Source of the DNA: a virus
Taxonomy: Duplodnaviria > Caudoviricetes
Reading direction: 5' to 3' (one strand)
Virus record (IMG/VR): IMGVR_UViG_3300021399_000113
Coordinates: 64,001 to 128,000 of that record
Length of the DNA: 64,000 nt
The notes beneath the pieces are model-generated. The model was given only the letters and a program-made list of their open reading frames with translations, was not told where the DNA came from and searched no databases. The position numbers and the translations under genes are program-made. Below, one piece after another: positions 29,545 to 39,746 of this stretch. Numbering within the stretch: the stretch's first letter is position 1; every line of letters begins with the position of its first letter.

Positions 29545-30786
29545 ATGACAGACAACAGATATTTTGGTGCAATTAAAGACCCTATTGATAATAGGGATTT
29601 TGTTGCATCTACAGTAGCATCAAAACAAAAAATAGAAATCCCAGAAACATATATTGTACCGCATTTGGATGAAATTCCAGTGTACAATCAAGGGGGCACA
29701 GGGTCATGTGTGGCACATGCTCTTGCTACAGCCCTCGCTTTAGGTTACGCTCAAAAAGGTATTCAGATTGATTTCAGCCGTGGATTTATCTATGGTAACA
29801 GAAGTGAAGATGATTATCAAGGGTCAGGAATGATTCCTCGTGAAGCGTTAAAGCATCTTAACCATGAAGGTGATGTACACTATTCTGATTTCATCTATAA
29901 CTTTGAAGTGCCATTAATCTTCAAAAAGTTCCAAAAAGAAAAAGAACGCTTATTACCTATTGCAAAAGATTATGTAATTGCAAACTATTACAAAGTAACA
30001 ACACAGACTGAAATCAAAACTGCCTTAATGACTACAGGAGCTGTTGTTGTATATTGTCCTGTTTACGGAGATTTTACTGATGACTTAAAAGCTGAGTGGC
30101 GAAGTTCTTATGATTATGCACATGAGGTTTGTTTAGTCGGGTGGGATGAAACAGGTTGGATTATTCGTAACAGTTGGGGAGACTCTTGGGGTAATAAAGG
30201 TAATGGGCATGTTGATTACAAATATGCTTATTGGGAAGAATATAACTTAAGCCTCTTAGACTTCTGGGCAATCACTCCTATATTCGAAGAAGATACAACC
30301 ATCGAAGATGAGGAAGATACTGACGCTAATGAAGACATTAAGGAAGATGAACCAATTGAAGATGAAGAACCAATTGAAGAGGATATTGTAATAGATGATG
30401 ATTCTTCAGATGATGACCTTAAAGAAGATATTAAGGAAGATGATACTGACGTTGAGGAAGAAGACGTTGACGTAGAAGAACATCAAGACACAGAAGACAT
30501 TATCGAAGATACTACAGAGGAAGACTTTAAAGAAGACGTTGATACAGATGTAGAGGAAACAGATAATACAGAAGACGTTGATATTGACACAGAAGTTGAT
30601 GATAATGTCGATGATACTGAGACAGATACTGACACCGATGTAGATGACAACACTGATGTAGAGGATGACAATAAAGATGAATTGTTAGTCAACGATAAGC
30701 GGTTTATCTCATTTGTAGAGGCAATTAAAGCAATTATCAAACAAATTCTTGATAGAATAAGGAACATATTTAATGGAAATAAGTAA
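29545..30786 (+). CDS. papain-like C1 cysteine peptidase with long D/E-rich tail
   Basis: NQGGTGSCVAHA, HEV..VGW, RNSWG..WG..G. Confidence 0.88.
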   Translation: MTDNRYFGAIKDPIDNRDFVASTVASKQKIEIPETYIVPHLDEIPVYNQGGTGSCVAHALATALALGYAQKGIQIDFSRGFIYGNRSEDDYQGSGMIPREALKHLNHEGDVHYSDFIYNFEVPLIFKKFQKEKERLLPIAKDYVIANYYKVTTQTEIKTALMTTGAVVVYCPVYGDFTDDLKAEWRSSYDYAHEVCLVGWDETGWIIRNSWGDSWGNKGNGHVDYKYAYWEEYNLSLLDFWAITPIFEEDTTIEDEEDTDANEDIKEDEPIEDEEPIEEDIVIDDDSSDDDLKEDIKEDDTDVEEEDVDVEEHQDTEDIIEDTTEEDFKEDVDTDVEETDNTEDVDIDTEVDDNVDDTETDTDTDVDDNTDVEDDNKDELLVNDKRFISFVEAIKAIIKQILDRIRNIFNGNK

Positions 30787-31495
30787 TTTAAAAGTTTATG
30801 ACATGGAAGAGTGTATCTCAGCAAGTGGCTATCCTATGAGGACAAAGGCTGAGATACTTCCCCTTAATGAGAAAGACATTTTAAGAGTTAAGAACCTCAC
30901 AAAGGCAAGCAATGGCAATGGTGCACATGGACAGTTTCTTTCTGGAATATTAGTCGCTTTTGACCTTAAGTGTTCTAATAAGATGTGGGTTGAGATGGAA
31001 CGATATAAATTTGTGGTGTTTGATTCTTCTCAGTCTACAATGCACCGTATTTGTAAGTTCGACCTCAAATCGCAGTGTGTTGAAGAAGTGGATGATAGAA
31101 TCATTGATATAGTTAATGAGAAGATTGAGGCTTATAATCGAGATAATTCAATTGAGAATTACAGAAGAGTGCTTTATAATGTACCCGCAGGATTTCAATT
31201 AACTGCCAGACTGAATACAAATTATCGTGCTCTATTAAATATCTACGTTCAAAGATACAATCACAGATTGCAAGAGTGGCAAGATTTTTGTCAGTATATG
31301 TTAGACAATCTCCCGATGTTCAAAGAGTTAGTTGAGCAGTATTACAGTCACGACAAAGAAGTAATCGCTAAATACTTACAATATTGTGCTGAGTTGACAG
31401 ATGATATAGACATATTCGATACGCATACACTTGATGATTATTACTACACGCACATTCTACCACAGCCACTATCGGATATAATAACAATAAAATAA
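30773..31495 (+). CDS. ThyX-like flavin-dependent thymidylate synthase (divergent)
   Basis: HGQFL, SQSTMHR, NYRAL.NIY.QR..HRL.EW. Confidence 0.65.
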   Translation: MEISNLKVYDMEECISASGYPMRTKAEILPLNEKDILRVKNLTKASNGNGAHGQFLSGILVAFDLKCSNKMWVEMERYKFVVFDSSQSTMHRICKFDLKSQCVEEVDDRIIDIVNEKIEAYNRDNSIENYRRVLYNVPAGFQLTARLNTNYRALLNIYVQRYNHRLQEWQDFCQYMLDNLPMFKELVEQYYSHDKEVIAKYLQYCAELTDDIDIFDTHTLDDYYYTHILPQPLSDIITIK

Positions 31496-31557
31496 AGTAT
31501 TGACATATTCACCTTCAAGGAGTATAATAGTATTATAATCTTTGGAGGTGATTTTTT

Positions 31558-32094
31558 ATGATAACAGTTTCAAGACTTACTGAAATGCTTTCTGAGGAAA
31601 TCGTAAAGGCGAAGGTAAATGGGCTGGATTTAATTCCCATTCACCCCACAGTCAAACTCAAGAACAGTAAAACGTATTATGGGTTAAATTGCAAGAGCAG
31701 AGGCAATAGTCAGATTTACATTTCAAAGTATTATCTGAACGCTCCAGAAGAAGAACTTCGCTCTGTAATATGTCATGAGGTTTGTCATTCAGTTAAGGGT
31801 AGCCGAGGACATGATGCGATATGGCGAAGAGCCGTTATGAAAATGCGTAGGAATTATTCTTATGCTTGTGCAGATTATCACCTTAATCCTCATCCTTATT
31901 CAACAGACAGAAGTGAATGCGAGCATACAGAAATGGCAGAAATGGCAAGTGGTACAAGACGGATTAACTACGTTATGGTCTGCACTGGTTGTGGTTGTAC
32001 AATAAATCGCACACGCATGAGTGATTTCGTAAAGCATCCAGAGAATTACTACTGCCGAAAGTGTCATGGAAAATTTGAAAGAAAGGCATCGTGA
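31558..32094 (+). CDS. SprT-like zinc metalloprotease
   Basis: HEVCH......GH...W plus C-terminal CxxC...CxxC. Confidence 0.85.
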   Translation: MITVSRLTEMLSEEIVKAKVNGLDLIPIHPTVKLKNSKTYYGLNCKSRGNSQIYISKYYLNAPEEELRSVICHEVCHSVKGSRGHDAIWRRAVMKMRRNYSYACADYHLNPHPYSTDRSECEHTEMAEMASGTRRINYVMVCTGCGCTINRTRMSDFVKHPENYYCRKCHGKFERKAS

Positions 32095-32588
32095 TGAGCA
32101 AAAGATTAAAAGGGGTAAGAAAGTTGAACAAGGTCGTCAACTCATTTGCTAAACAGTTTGGTGTTAAGTTCCATCTTGGAACTCAGTTTGAGATTTCTAA
32201 CACAACAAACGATGCTTGGTATGCCATAGTATTGAGTGATAACTACACAGAGTTTTATCGCTCATATGTTGAGGAAATCTCAAATGAAAACATTCCGATT
32301 TTTCTTATGTCATTTCTACACGAAATTGGGCACTATGTCACAAAAGAATTCTTCACCGAAGATGAGATTGATGATGAGTGGCTAATGAAAGATGAGATTC
32401 AAGAGAAGTATGATGGAGAGGCTTGTAAAGAATATGCTTATGAATACTTCAGTCTTCCTATGGAACAAGAGGCTACGAATTGGGGAATAGCGTACTTTAA
32501 ACTTCATGCTAAAGAGTGCATGGAATTTTATAATAAATTTTTAACAGAGCTTTATCACTTTTTCAAAATTAATCATGTGGAGGGATAA
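32091..32588 (+). CDS. HExxH metallopeptidase-like protein
   Basis: LHEIGH, ME.EA..W. Confidence 0.6.
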   Translation: MMSKRLKGVRKLNKVVNSFAKQFGVKFHLGTQFEISNTTNDAWYAIVLSDNYTEFYRSYVEEISNENIPIFLMSFLHEIGHYVTKEFFTEDEIDDEWLMKDEIQEKYDGEACKEYAYEYFSLPMEQEATNWGIAYFKLHAKECMEFYNKFLTELYHFFKINHVEG

Positions 32589-32590
32589 TT

Positions 32591-32800
32591 ATGAAACATT
32601 TTGAGGAAACTTTTCCATCAATTATTAGTTTGCTTGGAGTCATTGCAGTGACAGTCGGTACACTTACTGGTAACATTTGGGTAGCAATAAGCGGTTTGAT
32701 GATGTGTGTAGTTGGTACATCATCATCTACAAAAGTACACATTGACAAAAAGTTTGAGGAACTTTATAAAAAGCTGAATAAGGAGGATGACACACAGTGA
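32591..32800 (+). CDS. small membrane protein
   Basis: two hydrophobic segments. Confidence 0.6.
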   Translation: MKHFEETFPSIISLLGVIAVTVGTLTGNIWVAISGLMMCVVGTSSSTKVHIDKKFEELYKKLNKEDDTQ

Positions 32801-33117
32801 AAGACATTAAACTGTACAATCGACAACAAGTTTAAAGATTTATTCTTTGACAATAATGGCTATGATGCTCTCTATTCCCACAAGTACACCCTTCCTTATT
32901 TTAAGGATAGTACAATGGAAGAATTTAAGTACAGCGAGTATGTTAAGTGGCTGTTAAACAGTTGCACGACTCATTGTCAGATGATTCTTACAAAAATGGA
33001 CGATGATTATGAGTGGTTAAATTAGATAATAATTAAATAACCTATTGACAAATTCCTTCACTTGTGATATACTGTTCTCAGTTGATAAACAGTATATCAC
33101 TTTTGGAGGTATTTGGT

Positions 33118-34347
33118 ATGTGCATTATTCTCAATGAAGGACAGAAGAAAGCAGTTGAACTTGCAGTAAAGAAGGTTAAGGCTGGTGATGATGTTGTGAT
33201 TGCTGGCTATGCTGGAACTGGTAAGTCCACCACAGTTTCCAAGATTATTGAGAAACTTACCAAAGAGTGTGGAATCTCCAATGTAGTATATGTAGCATTT
33301 GCAGGCAAAGCAGTAAAGGTTCTTCGTGAGAAAGGTAACGACAACGCAATCACTTGTCACAGACTGCTTTATAAGCCTGTTCTTCAAGAGGATGGCACTT
33401 ACAAGTATGAACTTGTTGACGATATTGATTATGACCTTATCGTTGCAGATGAGTGCTCAATGATTCCCTCTGATATGGTTAATCAGATGAGGTCTTTCGG
33501 AAAGCCTATCATTTGGCTTGGTGACCCTTTTCAGTTACCTCCTGTTGAAAATGAGAACAGCACAACATCTGCTGGAAACACTCTTCTTCAGAACCCCGAT
33601 GTATTCCTCACAGAAATCATGAGACAGGCAAATGACTCTGAAATCATCAACGCTGGGCTGAAGCTTCGTAACCTTGAAAAACTTAACTATGGTATCGGCA
33701 GAGAATTCTCTGTTATTCGCAAGGACAGACTTAACGACAGAACTCTTCTTTGGGCAGACGAGATTATCTGTGCTACTAACAGAAAGAGAACAGAAGTTAA
33801 TAACTACGTAAGAAGACTTAAGAAGTTTTCTGCTCTCCCTCAGATTGGTGACAAGGTAATCTGCCTCCACAACTATTACGAACACCTTACTAACAATGAT
33901 GAAATGATTCCCCTTACCAATGGAACTATCGGCATCATTGTTAAGATGGAAGAAGAGCTTTGGACAGCACCTAAGTCAATTGCTGATAAGTTAACTGTTA
34001 CAGAAGTTCCTTGCTACAGAATTTCCATTAAGACTGATTTGGGATTTTATAATAACCTTCTTGTTGATAAGAACGAACTCATCAATGGTATGCCCACCAT
34101 CACAGGCAAGGATTTATATCTCATCAAGAAGAAATATGCTGAGCTTGATAAGGCAAAGATTTCTCACAAGCCCTTCCCTCTTGATTTCAATTATGGCTAT
34201 GCTATTACTTGCCATAAGGCACAGGGTAGTGAATGGGACAACATCGTAGTCATGGAAGAGTGGTTTCCTAATGACCTTGAGACCCATTGCAGATGGCTTT
34301 ACACAGCACTCACAAGAGCGAGTGAAAAAGTGGTGATTGTTAGATAA
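33118..34347 (+). CDS. SF1B Dda/RecD-like DNA helicase
   Basis: GYAGTGKS, DECSM, GDPFQLPPV, RQ, HKAQGSEW, YTALTRA. Confidence 0.92.
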   Translation: MCIILNEGQKKAVELAVKKVKAGDDVVIAGYAGTGKSTTVSKIIEKLTKECGISNVVYVAFAGKAVKVLREKGNDNAITCHRLLYKPVLQEDGTYKYELVDDIDYDLIVADECSMIPSDMVNQMRSFGKPIIWLGDPFQLPPVENENSTTSAGNTLLQNPDVFLTEIMRQANDSEIINAGLKLRNLEKLNYGIGREFSVIRKDRLNDRTLLWADEIICATNRKRTEVNNYVRRLKKFSALPQIGDKVICLHNYYEHLTNNDEMIPLTNGTIGIIVKMEEELWTAPKSIADKLTVTEVPCYRISIKTDLGFYNNLLVDKNELINGMPTITGKDLYLIKKKYAELDKAKISHKPFPLDFNYGYAITCHKAQGSEWDNIVVMEEWFPNDLETHCRWLYTALTRASEKVVIVR

Positions 34348-34493
34348 TCACCACTTTATTTTTAATATAGAAAATTAGAATGAAGATGTTTATATAAATT
34401 ATATTATTATGTGGGAGGACAAGTGCGCCTAAAAGTTGTCACACCTATTGTATCATATAAGAGAGAAACTATAATCAAATTGAGGTAAACATA

Positions 34494-34919
34494 ATGAAAT
34501 ATATTCTAAATGAAGATTGGGACGATTACTATGACGATTATGACGATAGTGATTGGGAAGATTATATTGATGATGTTATAGATGACGATTTTGATACATC
34601 AGAAAATAAGAATTTATATCTAATTAAATACATAGACCCAGCGGTAATCATTGAAAATGCACTGAAGGATGAGTCTTTGTCTGATGAGGAACGTGCAGAA
34701 ATGAAAGCAACGTGGGATAACGAGTCCTTACAGAACTTCGTAGAGACCTATGATGTAGCAGACTGGATTTTTGATGACGATGACATCAACAAAGAATACA
34801 AAGACTGGCTGAAAGATGAGTTCTACGATGAGATTGAGGCTGAGTGTCGAGAACGTGCAGAATCAGATGATGCTTGGGAATATGATAAGAAAGATTTGAT
34901 TAGATGGATTAACAGCTAA
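34494..34919 (+). CDS. highly acidic protein (MKYILNE leader)
   Basis: ORF with RBS, D/E-rich. Confidence 0.75.
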   Translation: MKYILNEDWDDYYDDYDDSDWEDYIDDVIDDDFDTSENKNLYLIKYIDPAVIIENALKDESLSDEERAEMKATWDNESLQNFVETYDVADWIFDDDDINKEYKDWLKDEFYDEIEAECRERAESDDAWEYDKKDLIRWINS

Positions 34920-34951
34920 AGTATTGACAGAAAGGAGCAGACTGTGTTATA

Positions 34952-35140
34952 ATGAATACTGAGAAACCATATATAGTTTTTTCATATGGTATGATGAGAT
35001 ATTTACATGACTTAGGATTTGATTTCTTTGCCACTAAAACAGACAAATTTAATCCAGCAAAAGTTATTTTTATCTACAACACAACAGATGAATTGAAGAC
35101 TGCAATAAATAATTATTGTAAAAATAGAAAGAACAACTAA
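34952..35140 (+). CDS. small hypothetical protein
   Basis: ORF with AAGGAG upstream. Confidence 0.6.
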   Translation: MNTEKPYIVFSYGMMRYLHDLGFDFFATKTDKFNPAKVIFIYNTTDELKTAINNYCKNRKNN

Positions 35141-35160
35141 TCAAGGAGCACAATTTAATT

Positions 35161-35469
35161 ATGTCAAAATTATCCGATTACTACATTATCCACGGCTGGA
35201 TGCAGAATAAAGAAGGTCTTGGATTAAAACGATTGGAATTATACCTTTATGCAATCATTTATGGATATAGTAAAGATGGAAACAATTCTATGTTTGCCAG
35301 CACAACATATCTTGCTGATATGCTAAACACAACACAGCCAAAGATTGTTGAGGCATTAAAGAAACTGACAGAGAAAAATTTAATAATTAAAGAAACTGTT
35401 ACCAATAATGGATTTGTATTAGGCTGTAAATACATCGTTAATTTTGATATGATAAACAATTTCATATAA
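35161..35469 (+). CDS. winged-HTH protein resembling the N-terminus of phage replication initiators
   Basis: LELYLYAIIYGYS...STTYLADML...LKKLTEKNLI. Confidence 0.7.
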   Translation: MSKLSDYYIIHGWMQNKEGLGLKRLELYLYAIIYGYSKDGNNSMFASTTYLADMLNTTQPKIVEALKKLTEKNLIIKETVTNNGFVLGCKYIVNFDMINNFI

Positions 35470-35516
35470 CAATTTTCCTTGTCTTATGATGCAAATCTTA
35501 CTACACTTGTAGTACG

Positions 35517-35634
35517 CTATACCAATTTGGTATAGGGGTTATACCAAATTGGTATAGTATAATATAATATATATTATAGAAATACTAATATACCTACGGT
35601 ATATTAGTATTGGGTTTTTTTTTTCAAAAAACCC
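35517..35634. other. cluster of palindromes, candidate replication origin or operator
   Basis: two TATACCAAWTTGGTATA boxes, AT tract, 14-bp-arm hairpin 35581-35611. Confidence 0.55.
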
Positions 35635-35731
35635 TTCTCATAACTTTTATGGAAAATTGTATTTATAAAGAGAATAACTTTACATAATAAAAATAAATAT
35701 ATTACGGAATTTTCAGAAAGGAAACTTTACA

Positions 35732-36028
35732 ATGGCAAATAAAAAAGGAACTAAGAAAGCAGAAACAACTGTTACTGAAAAAGCAGAAATAAAAATAGAT
35801 GAGCAAGTTTCGGTTGAGGAAGTGGCGGTAGCCAATGAACCCAAAGAGGAAACCAAAGTTGCTGAGGCTGAAACCAAAGAAATTTCGGTTGAAACCAAAG
35901 AAATTTCGGTTGAAACCAAAGTTGTGAAAGATGAGCCAAAGGTTGTTGTGACTCCAACAGTTGAGGTTAAGAAACCAGTATCACCAGTTCTTCCAGTTGG
36001 TGCTAATTGGCTACATAGACATATGTAA
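35732..36028 (+). CDS. low-complexity E/K/T/V protein with 21-bp internal repeats (35870-35921)
   Basis: ETKEISV repeats. Confidence 0.7.
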   Translation: MANKKGTKKAETTVTEKAEIKIDEQVSVEEVAVANEPKEETKVAEAETKEISVETKEISVETKVVKDEPKVVVTPTVEVKKPVSPVLPVGANWLHRHM

Positions 36029-36155
36029 TTAAAACGTCATATTTTGCCCTTTTTAGAGCGTGGATATTTTAGGTGGAGAATTTCACTACTGAATACTGCC
36101 AAATCAAATTTAGGGGCAAATAATGCGTTATACGATGTGATAAAGGAGTTATTAG

Positions 36156-36482
36156 ATGTTATACGAATATAAAGGTACTGTTATGATAAACGGAAACTTT
36201 ATTCAATCTTCTACTGGATTAAGAGTAGAGGCTGAGAATAAGAAAGAGGCAGTATATCTTTTATCAAAGAGACTGAGAAGCGTTTACCATACAAATGCAA
36301 GTGTACAAATCAATCTTAACCTTGACTTAATTCAAGAGGTTAAAACAGAAGAGCCTAAAAGAAGAGAAGTTAAACCTTTGATTGATTTAGAGGCTGTGTT
36401 AAAGAAAAAGAAGTCAAAGAAGAAGGAAACTGAAACTGAACAACCAGAAACTGTATCAGATGAGGTAAACAATGAAAATTGA
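36156..36482 (+). CDS. hypothetical protein
   Basis: AAGGAG RBS. Confidence 0.7.
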   Translation: MLYEYKGTVMINGNFIQSSTGLRVEAENKKEAVYLLSKRLRSVYHTNASVQINLNLDLIQEVKTEEPKRREVKPLIDLEAVLKKKKSKKKETETEQPETVSDEVNNEN

Positions 36483-37872
36483 TATTGCTAATGAGCTGAA
36501 GAAAAGAGATTTAGAGGATTTTGAAAACGATAGAGGATTCCATGCATTAGAGAATTCTTATGTTATGCTGTCTGAATCTTTTGATAATAAGAAGAAACAT
36601 AAGATAGAAAAGATGCTCTCTGAAAATGTATCTTCTGAAGTGTTATCAAGATATATAACAGAGAATGAAGATGTTAGTGCACCAGCAAAAACTGATGAAA
36701 GTCTGGACGAGTTATTTAATAGAGTGGCGAAATTTGTTGAAGATTTTGACCCTTATGATTATGCTGATAATTATACTGATATAGACCACGATAAATTTAT
36801 TGAGGCTGTATACAACGGAGAGTTGCAGTCTTATGTAGATGCTGTTAAACTTATTGTGGACGCATATAAAGAGGATGGTGCTACACAAGAATACGATATT
36901 GATTATGATTATTCTAAAGATATTGCAGAAGGTGAGCAGTTGGTTAAAATACTTAGCTCTCTTAACAGAGAGGATTTGAAAGAGGCTACAACAGTAACTC
37001 ATTACTCTAACAAAAGAAATCCTCACAAACACCTTGAAGTGCATAGTGATGGTCATGGTCATAGAAGTGTTAAGCAATATATTAAGCACACTGCTGATGA
37101 TTTAAGAAAAGAGTTCCCAGAGAAAGAGCCATATAGTGAAGAGCCTATAATCAATACCACTGGTGATGGTGCATTACATAGAATGAAGAAACGTGATTTT
37201 ACCGAACTCACTAACGATTATAATGAAGATGGTGACGATGGAACTCGTGTTAAAGCTCCAACATGGAGAAGAAAAAGCAGGGTCACTGAAGATTTAGACC
37301 TTTATTCAAAAGCAGAAAATGCTGGACTTGCATTATTACATGTCGATGAAGCTTTTGAGGGCATGATGGACAACGCCGATGATGAGACTATTGATAATTT
37401 TAGCAGAGTAGTAAATTCGGTATCAAGAAAATTAAAAGCAAAGCAGAACGACATTGCTATTCTTATATCGAGGGATGACCTTGGGCTGACTGGTGGTACA
37501 CCTCTTAGCAAACGGGGAGATTTACTTCTCTATGATACACCTATGGTATCTGAAAAGGTAAATGGTGATACATGGCTTTATTTCCCTAACGAAGAGATAG
37601 CATATAATTGGTTATCTGAACAAGACACATTAAATGAATCCTTAGATGATAATGAAAATTATGCACGTTCTTACTATGACAGAAATTATAGAGGTCTTGA
37701 GGATGATATAGAAACAGATGACGTTTCCACTCTTGATGATTGGATTTGGGAGAAAGTGCAGAATGGAAATTATGTAGAGGCAGTAAGAATGGGTGTTCAT
37801 CACAGATACTCACCAGATAAGGTAGAATATGGTGATGAAGTTTATGGTATAGAAGATTACGAGGTAGAGTAA
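36472..37872 (+). CDS. acidic multidomain putative virion protein
   Basis: repeated LxE sites (LSES, LKEA, LNES). Confidence 0.7.
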   Translation: MKIDIANELKKRDLEDFENDRGFHALENSYVMLSESFDNKKKHKIEKMLSENVSSEVLSRYITENEDVSAPAKTDESLDELFNRVAKFVEDFDPYDYADNYTDIDHDKFIEAVYNGELQSYVDAVKLIVDAYKEDGATQEYDIDYDYSKDIAEGEQLVKILSSLNREDLKEATTVTHYSNKRNPHKHLEVHSDGHGHRSVKQYIKHTADDLRKEFPEKEPYSEEPIINTTGDGALHRMKKRDFTELTNDYNEDGDDGTRVKAPTWRRKSRVTEDLDLYSKAENAGLALLHVDEAFEGMMDNADDETIDNFSRVVNSVSRKLKAKQNDIAILISRDDLGLTGGTPLSKRGDLLLYDTPMVSEKVNGDTWLYFPNEEIAYNWLSEQDTLNESLDDNENYARSYYDRNYRGLEDDIETDDVSTLDDWIWEKVQNGNYVEAVRMGVHHRYSPDKVEYGDEVYGIEDYEVE

Positions 37873-37874
37873 AA

Positions 37875-38441
37875 ATGGATTACAAAGCATTTCAGAGGGC
37901 ATTTGGTGATTATACCACCCCCGACTTCACAGATTTAGTTGAAGATATTTTTGACAGAATTGAGTGTGACGATAGAGACGATTTATCAGAGTGTGTAATA
38001 CAAGCAATAGACGAAGGTCTGATTTATTATGATGATGAGTGGACATTATTAAAGCATTACTGCACACCACAGGATGCGGATTGGAATACAGCACTTGAGC
38101 AGTTCATTGATGAAATGATTTCTTATGCTTCTTCTGTTTATGAATTTGAAGAGGAGGAAGACGATGAACTTGAAGAAGGTTGTAACGGCAAGAAGACGAG
38201 CAAGGATGAGTTAAAGGAAAGTGCCTTTGATGGTGTTGAATTCAAAGATGGAATGAAAGAAAAGGAAATCCGTTACGCATTAAGGGAACTTGCAAAGTCA
38301 CAGGGATTTTATGGTAGAGTCCTCCGTAGGTTAGATGAGTTGCAAGAGGAAGAACCCGAAGCATATGCTTCCGCTATAAAAAAACTTGAAGAACAGCAGT
38401 TTAAAGATATTCTTGATTTAGTAATGTTCTTTGAAACTTGA
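37875..38441 (+). CDS. acidic hypothetical protein
   Basis: D/E-rich; LEEG and LKES sites. Confidence 0.75.
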   Translation: MDYKAFQRAFGDYTTPDFTDLVEDIFDRIECDDRDDLSECVIQAIDEGLIYYDDEWTLLKHYCTPQDADWNTALEQFIDEMISYASSVYEFEEEEDDELEEGCNGKKTSKDELKESAFDGVEFKDGMKEKEIRYALRELAKSQGFYGRVLRRLDELQEEEPEAYASAIKKLEEQQFKDILDLVMFFET

Positions 38442-38461
38442 TTATAGATTATTTGGTGATT

Positions 38462-39052
38462 ATGAAGAAGAATAAATTAACAGAAAAATATAGTTTATAC
38501 GATGAAGATAAAACTGCATATGGTGAAAGTCGTTTAGTTGTTCAGAAGTGTAAAGAGTTTTTAAGAGAAATCAATTCTGATATATTGGACGGGTCAAATG
38601 CCGATTTGCCAAATAACGTTGTAGAAATCTTTAAGAGGTTTGGTGGGGGTTGCAGAATATCAGAATTGAGACCACAAAGTTTTCGTTATGAGGGGTGGTT
38701 ACCCAACCCCTCTAAAGCATTTAATAGCGATAGATGGACAATAGGCGGTACATTTATTCAGCAGTACCTTTATGGGGATGCTAATAGGCTTGCAGAAGAT
38801 TTAACAATATGGTATTACAGAAATCAGTTAAATGGAAAGAAGATTCCTAATACTCCCGCATTAAATCGTATTATGAATAATATATCTGATATTGATTGGA
38901 CTTCCAATGTACAGGAAGAAGGATTATCTGTTGGTAGTGTAACGAACAGTTTAGGTAGTTTTAATAAATCAAACACAATGATTCCAACACCCACGAGAAA
39001 GGGGTCTCCCCTACATAGGCAAGGTGGAAAAAGGCGCAGTGTTCAAAAATGA
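38462..39052 (+). CDS. hypothetical protein; may extend to 39176 through a +1 shift
   Basis: MKKNKLTE leader; open +1 frame 39012-39176. Confidence 0.65.
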   Translation: MKKNKLTEKYSLYDEDKTAYGESRLVVQKCKEFLREINSDILDGSNADLPNNVVEIFKRFGGGCRISELRPQSFRYEGWLPNPSKAFNSDRWTIGGTFIQQYLYGDANRLAEDLTIWYYRNQLNGKKIPNTPALNRIMNNISDIDWTSNVQEEGLSVGSVTNSLGSFNKSNTMIPTPTRKGSPLHRQGGKRRSVQK

Positions 39053-39245
39053 TAAGGGAGAAACGCTTACTATAACCTATGTTGATGATACTTGGGTAAT
39101 ATTTAATAATAGAAAATTAACCCAAAAACAATTTAACACGATGGCACAACTTAGGCATTTCCATAGAACTAATTGAGATTGTTGTATATGCTAAGTGAGA
39201 GATTAAATCTTGCTTAGCATATATATATGCTTGAAAGGTAATAAA

Positions 39246-39734
39246 ATGAAACATAGATTAAATGAAGGATGCACTTCAAAAAAGAAACACTTAAGGTCAT
39301 TCAGAGAAGATTGGGATGACTTTGGTAATGAGTGGGAAGAGATAGATTCTAAACAGGTTCAAGATTCTGATGGATTTTGGACAGACTACACTTGGTATTC
39401 TAATGGAGAAAAGCATATCTTTATGTTTGGTGATAAAGAACTCTATGAGCCAGATGAAGATTATGCTGACTGGGAAACCGAGGACGAGGAAACCGCACAG
39501 ATATGGTTCAATACCTATGAAGGGTTTACTGACGATGACGAGATAGAGGAAACCGAGGAAGAAGAAGTGATAGACGAAAATCTCAACGAATCAATTCTTG
39601 ATAAAGGATTAAAGGCTAACGTTAATGGAGTTGAGTGTAACACAGTAGAGGCAGTCACCAAAGAGGTTATTAACTCTATAAAACAGTACAGATTCCATAA
39701 TGGTGATGATTCAATCAACATCACTGTTGGATAG
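39246..39734 (+). CDS. acidic protein (MKHRLNE leader)
   Basis: ORF with RBS. Confidence 0.75.
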   Translation: MKHRLNEGCTSKKKHLRSFREDWDDFGNEWEEIDSKQVQDSDGFWTDYTWYSNGEKHIFMFGDKELYEPDEDYADWETEDEETAQIWFNTYEGFTDDDEIEETEEEEVIDENLNESILDKGLKANVNGVECNTVEAVTKEVINSIKQYRFHNGDDSINITVG

Positions 39735-39746
39735 GGGTTGGTATAA

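Noticed and set aside
32797-33024. Programmed frameshift in an uncalled ORF of about 75 aa (KTLNCTIDNKFKDLFF...)
   Set aside because: The break is in an A run just after the GTG start; a homopolymer indel is the simpler explanation, as near 17408.
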